A stretch of DNA of 64,000 nucleotides, from assembly GCA_963733195.1 (NCBI GenBank), contig CAVTCR010000076.1, positions 1 to 64,000 on the forward strand, given 5' to 3'. Below the pieces are notes generated by a model that saw only the letters and a list, made by a program, of their open reading frames with translations, searched no databases and had not been told where the DNA came from. Positions 31,754 through 42,143 of this stretch are shown in pieces (position 1 is the stretch's first letter; each line of letters opens with the position of its first letter). Made by a program: the position numbers and the translations under genes. This stretch comes from an uncultured delta proteobacterium. GTDB lineage: Bacteria; Desulfobacterota; Binatia; Bin18.

Positions 31754-33043
31754 ATGAAAAGCAGCAATTGGCGATGGACAACACTGATGGGTATTGGCGC
31801 GTTCTGCGTCATGCTTCTGGGCATCGGGGCAGGGCCGGCGGCGGCAATCACGCCGAAACCATGTACTACGTGTGAGCCGGGCGAGACTCCACCCCCCCAC
31901 CTTCTCCACCCCCATCGCCGCCACCGTATTCTTGTCAATATGATGATCCGATGACCAGTGTACCTCCTGATGTACCTTCTAATGACTCGGCACCTGCATC
32001 TGCGCTTTTTATCAAGAGGGGGACGGAGAAAACTACTTATGCCGGTTGGTGTTCCAATGTATGCCCGAATGCCTCGTATAAAGAGCAGGGCCCCTTTGGA
32101 GCGTACTGCGATTGTTACAACGACACGATTCCGCAACTGCGCGCTGCCGGAGTCGGGAATTGGGGGATCCACGACACGCGCTACGCCATCTGGTCCCAAC
32201 CTGCTCCGGCCAATACTAGGACCTTAATTGTCGCTCTGGCAGGACAAAATGGTGTAGCCAGCGGCATCACCGGGGGCGGTGTCGGCAATATCACTGGGCA
32301 GCCGAATCACTGGGATAGTGCGTGCAATGATTGGAATTGTGGGACTAAAGCCTTCGATCCGAAGTCGTTTGTCGGAAGGTTACTCGCGGCAGGGGAGTCT
32401 GAATATCACCACCTTGAATACCTTTGCCGTGTCATTTCCTGATCACCAGTATGAATATCAGTCTTCCGAGAAAGACAAAATTATCCGTGGCTTAGTCGAT
32501 TGGTTGAGTACCAAGGCTTCTACCACGTCCTTAAAACAAATTATTATTGCCGGGCACAGTCGTGGTGGCTGCCTCACCCTGGGTCTGGTCAGAGAGTTTA
32601 GAAACCGCCCTGCCTACAACCAGGTAAGAGTCTTAGGGGTGCCTGTCGACGGGACGTGTCAGGATAACGGAGAAATGGGAACCATAAGTTCACTATGGCC
32701 CAACTTGCCCCCTGACATCGACAACCCGCTCATCCCTTGGTGGAATCCTACGTGGTATGCCTGGAGCAGCTCCTTTAATATGTTCTCCAAAAACGCAAGT
32801 GTGTGTATTCAAAACACCGTTGGGGGAGAGCCACTATCGTTTCTCTTCAATGCTCATTCGTTCTTTTTGACCAATCCGGCTTGGCGCAACAAGTGGATAG
32901 ATATCCCGCATAAGGCCTGTGGCCGATGTTATAGGGATGACATATCCAACGATGATTGTAACACCGGAGGAAACTATAAGGTGAAGACGAACGTGTTAGA
33001 CTGGACCTTACGGTTCGTGCAACGCAACCTAGTACTGCCGTAG
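31754..33043 (+). CDS. Secreted Cys-rich alpha/beta-hydrolase-like protein (cargo 1), frameshifted
   Basis: RBS AAGGAG; signal peptide ending GPAAA; Pro-rich linker; VALAGQ; nucleophile elbow GHSRGG; spread over several frames. Confidence 0.65.
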
Positions 33044-33059
33044 ACGAGAGTACTCAAGG

Positions 33060-33120
33060 TCGGGGGGATCACTTGTAGTTACCGTAATGCCTTACCTTCG
33101 ACGGTAGGAGATCCCCCCGA
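33060..33120. terminator. Stem-loop between convergent genes
   Basis: TCGGGGGGATC (33060-33070) / GATCCCCCCGA (33110-33120), inner TACCGT/ACGGTA, followed by TGATTTTT. Confidence 0.55.
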
Positions 33121-33223
33121 TGATTTTTCTACAGCGCCTCGTCCTTCGAGGCGTCAGCTGGGCAAGATCGCATCACTCCCTTAATAATCTCATCAGTATT
33201 TAACGGCTCAATGGCTCAATCTC

Positions 33224-36200
33224 TTAGTGACTTAATGCTTCAAGCAATGCCTTCGCCTCCCGCAAATCTGCCGTGTCGAATCCCTCGGTAAACCAGTTGT
33301 ATACATCAGATAACAGACGGTGAGCTTCGGCTAATCTGGTGCGTTTTTCGTGGTGCGTGGTACGTGTTCTCTGCTCTCGATTCCCTGCTTTTTGCTCCGT
33401 GCTCTTTGCTCCTTGTTCCGAGGCTTGGTGTTGTCGCAACCGTACCAGGCTTATTACCGCGCGTAGCTCTAGCGACTTCGCTTGTTGCTTACGCGCGATT
33501 TTCAATTGCCTTGAGGAAACACTCCTCTGGGGAAGAATGGGCGAATGGGCGATCGGGAGAAGGGGCGATTTTGGATTTGTCGCCCACTCGCCCTGTCGCC
33601 CGCTTGCCCGCTCTTTTGTCCCTCAAGTCTTTAGTAGGTGCTTCGCCTTCCTGCGTCAGTAGAAGTTCTCCCTTCAGTCGATACAGCTCCGCCTCATAGT
33701 GACGTTCTCCGGTCTTGTGTATCGTTGTCAATGCTTCAGTCAGCCGCGTCAGTCCCTCTTCAGTCTGTCCAATCTGGCCATAGGCTTCGACAAGAAGCGC
33801 CAGAAACTGCGCCTGCCCGAGCTCTGCCCCCGTCGCTCGATATCCGGCCAATCCCTGGCGCATCAAGGCTATCCCTTCACCTTCCTGATGCTGCTGCACG
33901 AGTCTCCTTCCTCGCAGGATGGTGTTAGCAGCCACCCAGTGCTGGAAGCCTTGCTTTCCTAGCCAGCGCCTCAAGCGCGTCGAGATACTCCCACGTCGCG
34001 TCTCCCTCCTGACAGTGTAGAGAGAGCCAGGTGGCCGAGTCCAGAGCGAACGCCACAATATGCGGAATGGCCAATTCCCGGGCTAAGGCGAGCGCTTCCT
34101 GGATGCTCCTCCGAGCCTGGTCTGGATAGCCTAAATACCAGAGAGTCGAAGCTCCATACGTGCGACACACCACCCCGGTATCATCACCATACAAGAGTGC
34201 CACGTAGCGGTGCTGCTGCGGGTCGTAGAGTTGTTGTCCTTGTTCTAAGTGATCATGGGCAGCAGGAAACTCTCCGAGCCAAGCCAAAGTAACTCCTAAC
34301 ATACTATGAGCTGCTGCGCGGAATAAAGGGGTCTGTGCTATTCTGCGCCAGTTGCATCACCTGCTCCCCCAGCACTCGGGCGGTCGCGAGCTCCGACCGC
34401 ACGAGGTGAAAGCGAAAGAGGCCCGCCAGCGCCGGCAAGTGCTGCGGATGGGCTCCAAGCTGTTGGCAGATCTCTTGCGCCCGAGCGTAGGTCTGTTCTA
34501 TCTCTGGAGCGGCATACCCTTTGGTCATCAACAGTGGCACGCCTAAAGCGATGTGCAGTGCCAACTCTTGCTGGGCAAGCTCGGGCGTATCGGGCAGGAA
34601 CTTGAGAGTCCCGAGCGCCCTGTTGAGGAGCGCAATGGCCTCTTGATAGGCATTCCTCCGCATGGCGTTCTCTGCCGCTAGCCCCAGATATTGCACCGCC
34701 TGCGGATAGTCTCGCCCCCGCTCAAAGTGCATGGCCAGTTTTGCCGCGTGTTCTCCTACCCGGGTACCGAACACTCGCTCTTCCCATGTCGCCGATGCAT
34801 CGATGCAGGGTGATGCATCGCATCGGTGCGAGTCGCTCATACAACACCTGCGGATACAGCGCGTGAAGAAAACCATAACGTCCTGTAACTGTCCCATCTG
34901 CCAAAGTCTCCGTGCCCCGTAAGCGAAGGAATTGGCCCCGCCTGATCAATCCTTCACACCACGTCTCGACACGTTGAGGCTGTTCATTGAGTCCTGCGGC
35001 AACCGTGGCCGTCGTAAATTCTCCACCGACAACACTTGCGGTTTCCGGCACATGTTGTTCTTCTAGCGTTAGCCGCTCCAACTGCTTCTCAATCATCTGC
35101 CGCAAGCTCTCTGGCACGCCCGCGGCGATATCGTGGAGATGAGCCACAAGCCGCCATTGCTCGCCGCTCTCACTCAACACGCCTTGGCGGACCCACTCCT
35201 CCACCACGTTGACCATAAACAAAGGGTTACCTTCGGTGCTCTGGTGAATGATGCGTCCCAGCTCCGCCGGGAATTCGTGCTGGGGAAACCGGGCGGCCAG
35301 ATACTGGGTGACTTCTGTAGTTGTTAAAAACCCCAGCGGTAGCTCTTCACACTGCCCATGGACTTGCAGTTCCTGTTTGAGCGCGCGGAGCGGATGTCCA
35401 CTCACAACCACATCTGCGGGGCGATAGGTTGCGAGTACGAACAAGCGCGCCGGGCCGCGTCGTTGGGCCAACAGGGAAAGGAGGTCGAGAGTGGAAGGAT
35501 CGCACCAATGGATGTCTTCGAGCATCAATATGAGAGAGCGCTCGGCGGTCAGTGCCTCAATAGCCTCGGCCATCTCACGTAACATCCGCTCCCGCGTCGC
35601 GCCTTGCACCTTGCGCTGGAGCGCTTCAAATTCGCTATCATTCATCAGGGCTGGCATCTGCATCAGCCAGGTCGGCGCGTAACGACTGAGGAGGGTCACT
35701 ATCTGTTCTCCACCTATTGGCGGCAGAGCTGGCTTAACGCTTCTAGCACAGGCAGATAGGCTTCACCCGAGCCATAGTGTTCAATGCACTGCCCCCGCGC
35801 GATCCAGGGGGCGAGCGTTGAAGGCTGTTCGGAGTGCGGAGTTTGAGAAGGGGCACTTTGGACTCCGAACTCTTCGTGACTCCGAACACCGAACTCTTGC
35901 CGACTCTGTACGCCACACAAAAAAGTGTCGACCAGTGTTGTTTTTCCAATCCCTGGTTCACCCATGACGAACACGACTTGCCGTGTTCCTTCTGTGGCTT
36001 TTGCCAACCACCGGTGGAGGTGCGTGAGTTCTTGCTCGCGTCCAACCAGGGTAGGGGTTGGGACAGAGAAGTCCGGCGTCTGACGTCCGGCGTCCGACGT
36101 CTGAAAAAGTATTTTTGCTCCCGGTTCCCTGCTCTGTGCTTGTGGCTCGTTGTCTCCTCTGCTGACCACTGACTGCTGACTACCGATTACTGGCAGCGTG

Positions 36201-36517
36201 GTGGTGACGGCGGGGAGAAAGCGGTATCCCCGCCGTGGCACGGTCTCAATAAACCGCGGCGTCTCGGGATCATCCCCCAACACGACTCGCACCTCCCGGA
36301 TGTAGACGCGTAACACCCCCTCACTCACGTAGGTATTCGGCCAAACGGCTTTAATTAACTCTGCGCGCGGCACCAGCCGCCCGGCGTGCGTCGCCAGATA
36401 AGTCAACACGGCAAAGGGCTTGGGCCGGACAGGCACCAACTCGGTGTCTCGCCAGAGTTGCTCGTTGAGCACATCGAGACGAAACGGGGGAAAAACAATG
36501 AGCGTTTCCGACGCCAC
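33224..36517 (-). CDS. OmpR-type wHTH + AAA ATPase + TPR transcriptional regulator, about 1100 aa, several frameshifts
   Basis: RBS GGAAGGAG then [15 protein letters not shown]...[12 protein letters not shown]; VGREQEL, Walker A GEPGIGKT, Walker [17 protein letters not shown]; helical C-terminus ending [18 protein letters not shown]. Confidence 0.85.
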
Positions 36518-36539
36518 GTGCGGCTCCTTCCAGTTGCCA

Positions 36540-36675
36540 GCGCACTTGTAGCGAAAACTGAACGCAAACACAACGCAAACTTAACGCCCCCTTAACGCCG
36601 CGCGCCTCGCATTTAACAGCGGCGGTTCGTAAATTGACGACATGACGAAGAGGAAATGTCAATCAGTGAGTGAAT
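36540..36675. repeat. 136-bp direct repeat, copy 2
   Basis: Near-identical to 31371-31506. Confidence 0.92.
36561..36635 (+). promoter_or_regulatory. Four AACGC boxes at 11-bp period plus a candidate -10
   Basis: AACGC at 36561, 36572, 36583, 36594; TAAATT 36630-36635 lies 6 nt before ATG 36642. Confidence 0.65.
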
Positions 36676-36905
36676 ACCGCGAAACGTCCCGTAGTGAAGG
36701 AGCCGGGAGCCAAGAGGAGCCGCTCCTGTCACCTCGGCGCGCATTCGTCGTGCAGTTCCGAGAGGAGGCAGATGTAGGGCGAACACGTTTCAGAGGCCGA
36801 GTCGAACACTTGGTCTCCGGCCGTGCCATGCGCTTTCACTCGCCGGAAGAACTGCTGGCGTTCTTGGCTGAGGTACTCAGTACCATCCGCACCAAGCCAC
36901 CATAG
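36642..36905 (+). CDS. Small uncharacterised protein (RAFVVQF...GRVEH..SG...F.S.EELL.F)
   Basis: 87-aa ORF divergent from the regulator; degenerate paralog at 31473. Confidence 0.75.
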   Translation: MTKRKCQSVSEYRETSRSEGAGSQEEPLLSPRRAFVVQFREEADVGRTRFRGRVEHLVSGRAMRFHSPEELLAFLAEVLSTIRTKPP

Positions 36906-36949
36906 GGACTGCCGCAGAAAGGGCAACGGCTGAATACACTGCACCCACT

Positions 36950-37119
36950 ATGACACAAATCAAATTTACGACGTTTTTACCTTTGATGTGCCAGGTGCGA
37001 CCGCGACTGACGTCTATTCGATCAACGCGAAAGGCGAGATCGTGGGCGCATTCGAGGATGTAAACGAGGTGACGCACGGGGTTGTTGGTATCCCTTTATC
37101 CTTCAAGGAGGTTTTATGA
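36950..37119 (+). pseudogene. 3' remnant of an extracellular repeat (HAF-like) protein
   Basis: Hand translation FTFDVPGATATDVYSINAKGEIVGAFEDVNEVTHG; its stop overlaps the cargo-2 start (ATGA 37116-37119). Confidence 0.6.
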
Positions 37120-40100
37120 TGCGCTTACTTTATTTGGTGTTGATCGTGGCTCTTGAGCTCATGTCTAGTTTCAGGGTCGAGGCCCAGCCGCTGCTCCCCC
37201 CGCTGCGGATTGTTGACACGTCTCCTCCAAGCACGTCCTTTCCAACGCGGCTGGCCGTGGATGCCGCGGGTACCATGTATGTGATTGGTGTGGGTGGGGG
37301 CGTAGTCGGGGTCTTTGACGCCGCAGGCGTTCACCGGTTCGACATCGGCAGCTTTGGCACTGGCGACGGGCAGTTCGTGCAGGTGACCGATGTGGCAGTC
37401 TCAAACGATGGCTCCCTCTATGTGGCCGATGGCCACCCTGAGCAGCTGCGGGTGCAGAAATTCAATGCCGCGACCGGTGCCTTTATCCTGAAATTCGGGG
37501 AACCTGGCCAGCTCCCTGGGCAGTTCTTCAACAGGATCATGTCCCTGACCGTGGACAGCGCTGGCAATGTCTATGTTGGAAGCGTCTTCCAGCTGCAAAA
37601 ATTTGACGCCAATGGCAATTTCCTGGAGGCCTTCGAGCTCGGTGGGATCTTGCCATGGGCCATGGGGATTAACCAAGACGACAATATCACTTTCTTTGAG
37701 GTCGACAATGGTTCGTTTGATACGTTCAATGTGACGACCCATAGCTTGCAGAGACTGCCCTATGTTGAGCCCTGTAATCTCAGCACTGGGGTTGGGTGTA
37801 TCGATCCGGACGGAGCCGGTCCTCTGGAACTGGGTGACGGCCAGCTCTTAGGCAAGCCTGCAGCGATAGCGGTCGATCAGTCTGGCAACTTCTACGTTGC
37901 CGACAGTGGTAACGCCCGTATTCAAAAGTTCAGTCCCGATGGCACCTTCCTGTGGAAGTTTGGCAGCCCAGGGACAGGCGAGGGGCAGTTTGGCCTATCG
38001 CCCTATGGGCTGGGGCCACAGGGCATCGCCGTTGATGCGGCTGGCCGGATTTATGTCGCGGATACTGAGAACAAGCGCATCGTGGTCTTTGGGCAAGCAG
38101 CGTCAGCAAGTCTCTCAATCAACAATGTCACGGTGACAGAAGGAAATACCGGGACCACTCTGGCGGTATTCACCGTCACCCTGACCCCCGCAAGCTCGCA
38201 AACTGTGACCGTCGACTATGCCACAGCAGACCAGAGCGCGCAGGCGGGCACGGACTACACGTCCACGCAAGGCACCTTGACCTTTGCTCCCGGCGAGACC
38301 ACGAAGGCGATTACTGTCCCGGTGTTTGGTGACAACGCTCTGGAAAGCGACGAACGCTTCGTCGTCCAGCTCTCCAACCCTACCAATGTAACCCTGTGCA
38401 CAACCCCAGGGGATCGGGGAGATTGTCAACGACGATAGCCACTTCGCCCGTTGTCAGAATGTCACGATCCCGACCACCGTGGATGCGTGTACGGCTACCG
38501 CTGTGTCGATTGACAACGGCTCTTCAGCTCCCGACGGGAGTCCGCTCACGTTGACGCAGAATCCTGCGGCGCCATATCCGCTGGGGACGACGAGTGTGAC
38601 CCTTACCGCCTCTGCTGGCTCCCTCTCCGACACGTGCACCGCGACGGTGACGGTTGAGGATCGGCAAGCTCCAACCATCTCATGCCCGGTTGACCAAACA
38701 GTGACGATTCAGTCTGGGAATAGTGCGTTGGTCGATTTCCCTTCTCCTTCGGTCTTCGAAAATTGTCCTACGCTCATGATCTCGTGCACTCCGCCGTCTG
38801 GCTCGATTTTCCACGAGGAAACACGAGGGTCACTTGCACGGCGACTGATGGCGCGGGCCTACAGCAGAGCTGCAGCTTCAATGTACAAGTCGTCGTGAGC
38901 AATCAAGCTCCGGTGTTACGCATTGATGATGTGAGCCTCACCGAAGGCGACAATGGGAGAACGGCGTTTACTTTTACGGTGACACTGAGTAAGCCCAGTA
39001 CGGGTTTCGTGGACGTGCAATATGCCACGGCCGATGGCACAGCCGAGAGAAATCGTGACTATTGGGATATAGGGGGGGTCGTAAGATTCGGGCCAGGCGA
39101 GACGACGAAAACAGTAACGGTTCCCGTGATAGGCGATCCCGTGCCAGAAGCGGATGAAACGTTCGTGGTCAATTTATCCAATGCCCGTGGCGCCATCATC
39201 GGTAAGGGGCAAGGGCTCGGAACGATCCTCAATGATGATGGACCGAGGTTGGTGATTAGCGATACGAATCCACTTGCAGGTGAAGGAAACAGTGGGATGA
39301 TCGCGTACACATTCGCTGTGACCATGAGTCAAGGCGAGCGGCACGCCAGTAACGGTGCAATATGCGACGGCTGATGGCACTGCCATCGCAGGCAGTGACT
39401 ATATCGCGACCAATGGGACATTGACGTTCCAGCGAGGTGAGACGAGGAAAACCGTGACGGTCGATGTGGTAGGCGATCCCGTGCCAGAACTGGATGAAAC
39501 GTTTACGATCAATTTGTCTAATGCCAGTTACGCGGTCATCGCTAAGGGGCAAGGGACCGGAACGATCCTCAATGATGATGGGTCATTTGTCGTGATCTCT
39601 GATGAGAGCAGAGCCGAAGGGGACAATGGGCTACGCGCCTACACGTTCACTGTGACCCTGAGTCAGGCGAGCAACACGCCGGTGACGGTGCAATACGCCA
39701 CGACCGATGGCACCGCCATCGCAGGCCAGGACTACGGCCCTACGAGGGGGCAGCTGATATTCGGGCCCAGAGAGACGAGCAAAACGATAACGGTCAACGT
39801 GCGAGGCGATACCCTCCGAGAAAACAACGAGCAGTTTTTCGTGAATCTCTCGAATGCCAGTGGTACCACGATCGTCGATGGCCAGGGGGTCGGCACTATC
39901 CTCGATGACGACGGACCGGCGCTGCAGATTACCGATGTGAAAAAACTCGAAGGGAGTAGTGGAATCAATGCCTATAGGTTCATCGTGACACTGAGTGTGC
40001 CAAGTTCGACTCCTGTGACGGTGGAGTACGCCACGGCCGATGGCACGGCTACTGCAGGCAGCGACTATACCGCCACCAGTGGGACGTTTACGTTCCCCCC

Positions 40101-40248
40101 AACACAGACAAGAGGAGCGATAACGGTCAACGTGCTGGGCGATGCCGTGCGGGAGCCGGATGAAACGTTCACGGTCAATTTGTCTAATGCCAGTGGTGCT
40201 GACATCCGCAACGGCCAAGGGATCGGCACGATCGTGAATGACGACTAA
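37116..40248 (+). CDS. Secreted NHL-repeat + HYR-like + five Calx-beta domain protein (cargo 2), frameshifted
   Basis: Signal peptide ending VEA; NHL motifs (IAVDQSGNFYVADSGNARIQKF); five copies of V.YATADGTA.AG.DY...L.F..GET.KT.TV...GD...E..E.F.VNLSNA...G.GTI.NDD; APTISCP. Confidence 0.82.
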
Positions 40249-40360
40249 CCAAACCATGAGAGGGTGGGGCCATCGAGTCATCGGGGCATGGAGAAAAATC
40301 TTCTTCAGTTCTTCAAGGGCTCGATGACTCCATTCCCCGCTCACTCAATCCGTCACTGGC

Positions 40361-40438
40361 TCAATCCCTCAATGTTTCCAGCAACGCCTTCGCTTCTTGC
40401 AGATCCTTCGTATCAAATCCTTCTGTGAGCCAGTTGTA
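40361..40438 (-). pseudogene. Orphan extreme 3' end of a wHTH-AAA-TPR regulator
   Basis: Hand translation YNWLTEGFDTKDLQEAKALLETLRD*. Confidence 0.75.
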
Positions 40439-40597
40439 GCTTCAATGTGACCGTCAATCGCACCACGAGCTATTCCTTCACCGGCTTCTTCCCGCCGGTG
40501 AAAAACGCGCCACTGGTCAACCGGGTCAAAGCTGGACGGGCGATTCCGCTGAAGTTCAGCTTAGGCGGCAACTATGGCTTGAACATCCTGGCGGCGG
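40432..40597 (+). pseudogene. Fragment: end of a HYR-like domain plus start of a PxKF domain
   Basis: SCSFNVTV then YSFTGFFPPV...NRVKAGRAIPLKFSLGG. Confidence 0.65.
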
Positions 40598-40847
40598 AGT
40601 CCCGCTCTACAAGGACGGTAAGATTGTCGGTGGGTTAGGGATCAGTGGTGATACAGCTTGTACGGATCACGAGATTGCGAAACGCGTACGAGACCTCGCC
40701 GACTTGGAACCACCGGATGGAAATCTTGTCGACGATATTACCTACAGTAGTGAAGACGGTGCCTCTCCCTTTACCTATCCTTTGTGTCCGAATACCTTTC
40801 GCAATGGTGACTTCATCGGTAACGAGTTGTCAGCAGTAGGATACTGA
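40590..40847 (+). pseudogene. 3' fragment of a GlcG/HbpS-type heme-binding protein
   Basis: Hand translation GGGVPLYKDGKIVGGLGISGDTACTDHEIAKRVR...LSAVGY*. Confidence 0.65.
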
Positions 40848-41105
40848 GTACCCTTCAATTTGCACATCCAGGAGAGGGTCGTAGGGCCACGATTCTCTCC
40901 ATCTTTCATCTGATTGTGTAATGTCAACCTCTCCCACCGTCTTCAAGGCAATGCCCGCCTACTCATCTTCACGGAAAGTTGATCCCTCCCTCTTGTACAG
41001 TCGAAGCTGTTGGCGTTTATCCACATGACTGGAAACGCGCCCTCACAGTGTGCATCATGAATAGTAAGAAGTGTGTAGACTTCATTGTCGGTAAAAGAGG
41101 TGTCA

Positions 41106-42134
41106 ATGATCCAGCAGGGACGAGTGAACGCAGGGCCGGACTATGCAGATCTTCACCGCCATGTCGGCGGATCGGTCCATCCGAAGGTTCTTTATGGTTA
41201 CCTCTCTTCGGGTGGCGCCGACGTGGGCACAACTGCAACTGAGCGAGATGTCATCAGGGAACTTCTCAATCGATTTCCTACCTATGCGATACTGAAAGAA
41301 CATTTCGCCAATCGAAAGCCCACACTCGATGACTACTTGGAACTGCACAAGCTCGTCGAGCCGTTACAAACACCAGCGACGATGGGGTATTTTCTCTATC
41401 GGGTCGTGCGCGGCGCGAGAATTTTTGAGCAAACTTCAATGCTTGAGCTGCGCTTTTCGCCTTATCTGCGGACTGATCCTTCGCTAGACAGAAAAGATCG
41501 GATCACAGCAATGGCAGCGGTTGTTGAAGCGATCGCATCTGGGGCCAAAGTGCCGGAGTATGCGGTGGACGTGCGTCTCGTGTTGTGCCTGCATACGATG
41601 TTGCCAGATGAGGTCAACGAGGCCACGCTCGACCTTGCCCTCGCACGTCGAGATCTCATTCGTGGGATCGATGTTGCCGGTCCAGAAGCCCCTCTCGGCG
41701 AACGACTCGATCACTTTGTGAGTCTCTATAAAAAGGCAGCTGACCATTATCTTCCTGCGACTGCACACCTGGGCGAAACTTCACCTGTACATGTCCATCC
41801 CGAACTGTTTCCCTATCTTCGCCGCATCGGACATGGCGTGCAGATACCGCTTCATCTTCCTCACTTGTTGCCAGAGATACGCCAGCGCGGGATCTGTTTC
41901 GAGCTGTGTCCGAGCACGTACCTCCAAACCGGCACGTTCCCAGACCTCACTCCTGTCCGAGAGGTGACGAAGCGGCTTGATACAGAAGGCATCGACTACT
42001 GCTTTTGCACAGATAATCCGGCTTTCAACGGTAGGTATCTGCAAGCCGAACACGAGGTCGCGCTAGAAAACGAACTCATCAACTTCAGCGGACTCGTTCG
42101 CTGTCAGCGGAACGCTTTCAAGCATGCGTTTTAG
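41106..42134 (+). CDS. Adenosine deaminase family protein
   Basis: DLHRH, ELRFSP, GIDVAGPE, AHLGE, RIGHG, ELCPS, TDNP. Confidence 0.85.
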   Translation: MIQQGRVNAGPDYADLHRHVGGSVHPKVLYGYLSSGGADVGTTATERDVIRELLNRFPTYAILKEHFANRKPTLDDYLELHKLVEPLQTPATMGYFLYRVVRGARIFEQTSMLELRFSPYLRTDPSLDRKDRITAMAAVVEAIASGAKVPEYAVDVRLVLCLHTMLPDEVNEATLDLALARRDLIRGIDVAGPEAPLGERLDHFVSLYKKAADHYLPATAHLGETSPVHVHPELFPYLRRIGHGVQIPLHLPHLLPEIRQRGICFELCPSTYLQTGTFPDLTPVREVTKRLDTEGIDYCFCTDNPAFNGRYLQAEHEVALENELINFSGLVRCQRNAFKHAF

Positions 42135-42143
42135 GATAATCTC

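Noticed and set aside
33224-36517. Anti-phage STAND (Avs-type) defence protein
   Set aside because: The N-terminal domain is a DNA-binding wHTH with candidate operator boxes next door, not a nuclease, TIR or protease effector; a defence role is unsupported though not excluded.
31371-40847. Integron cassette array explaining cargo swapping
   Set aside because: No integrase and no recurring attC-like structure after the cargo genes; isolated RYYYAAC matches (about 1278 on minus, 63809) are expected by chance.
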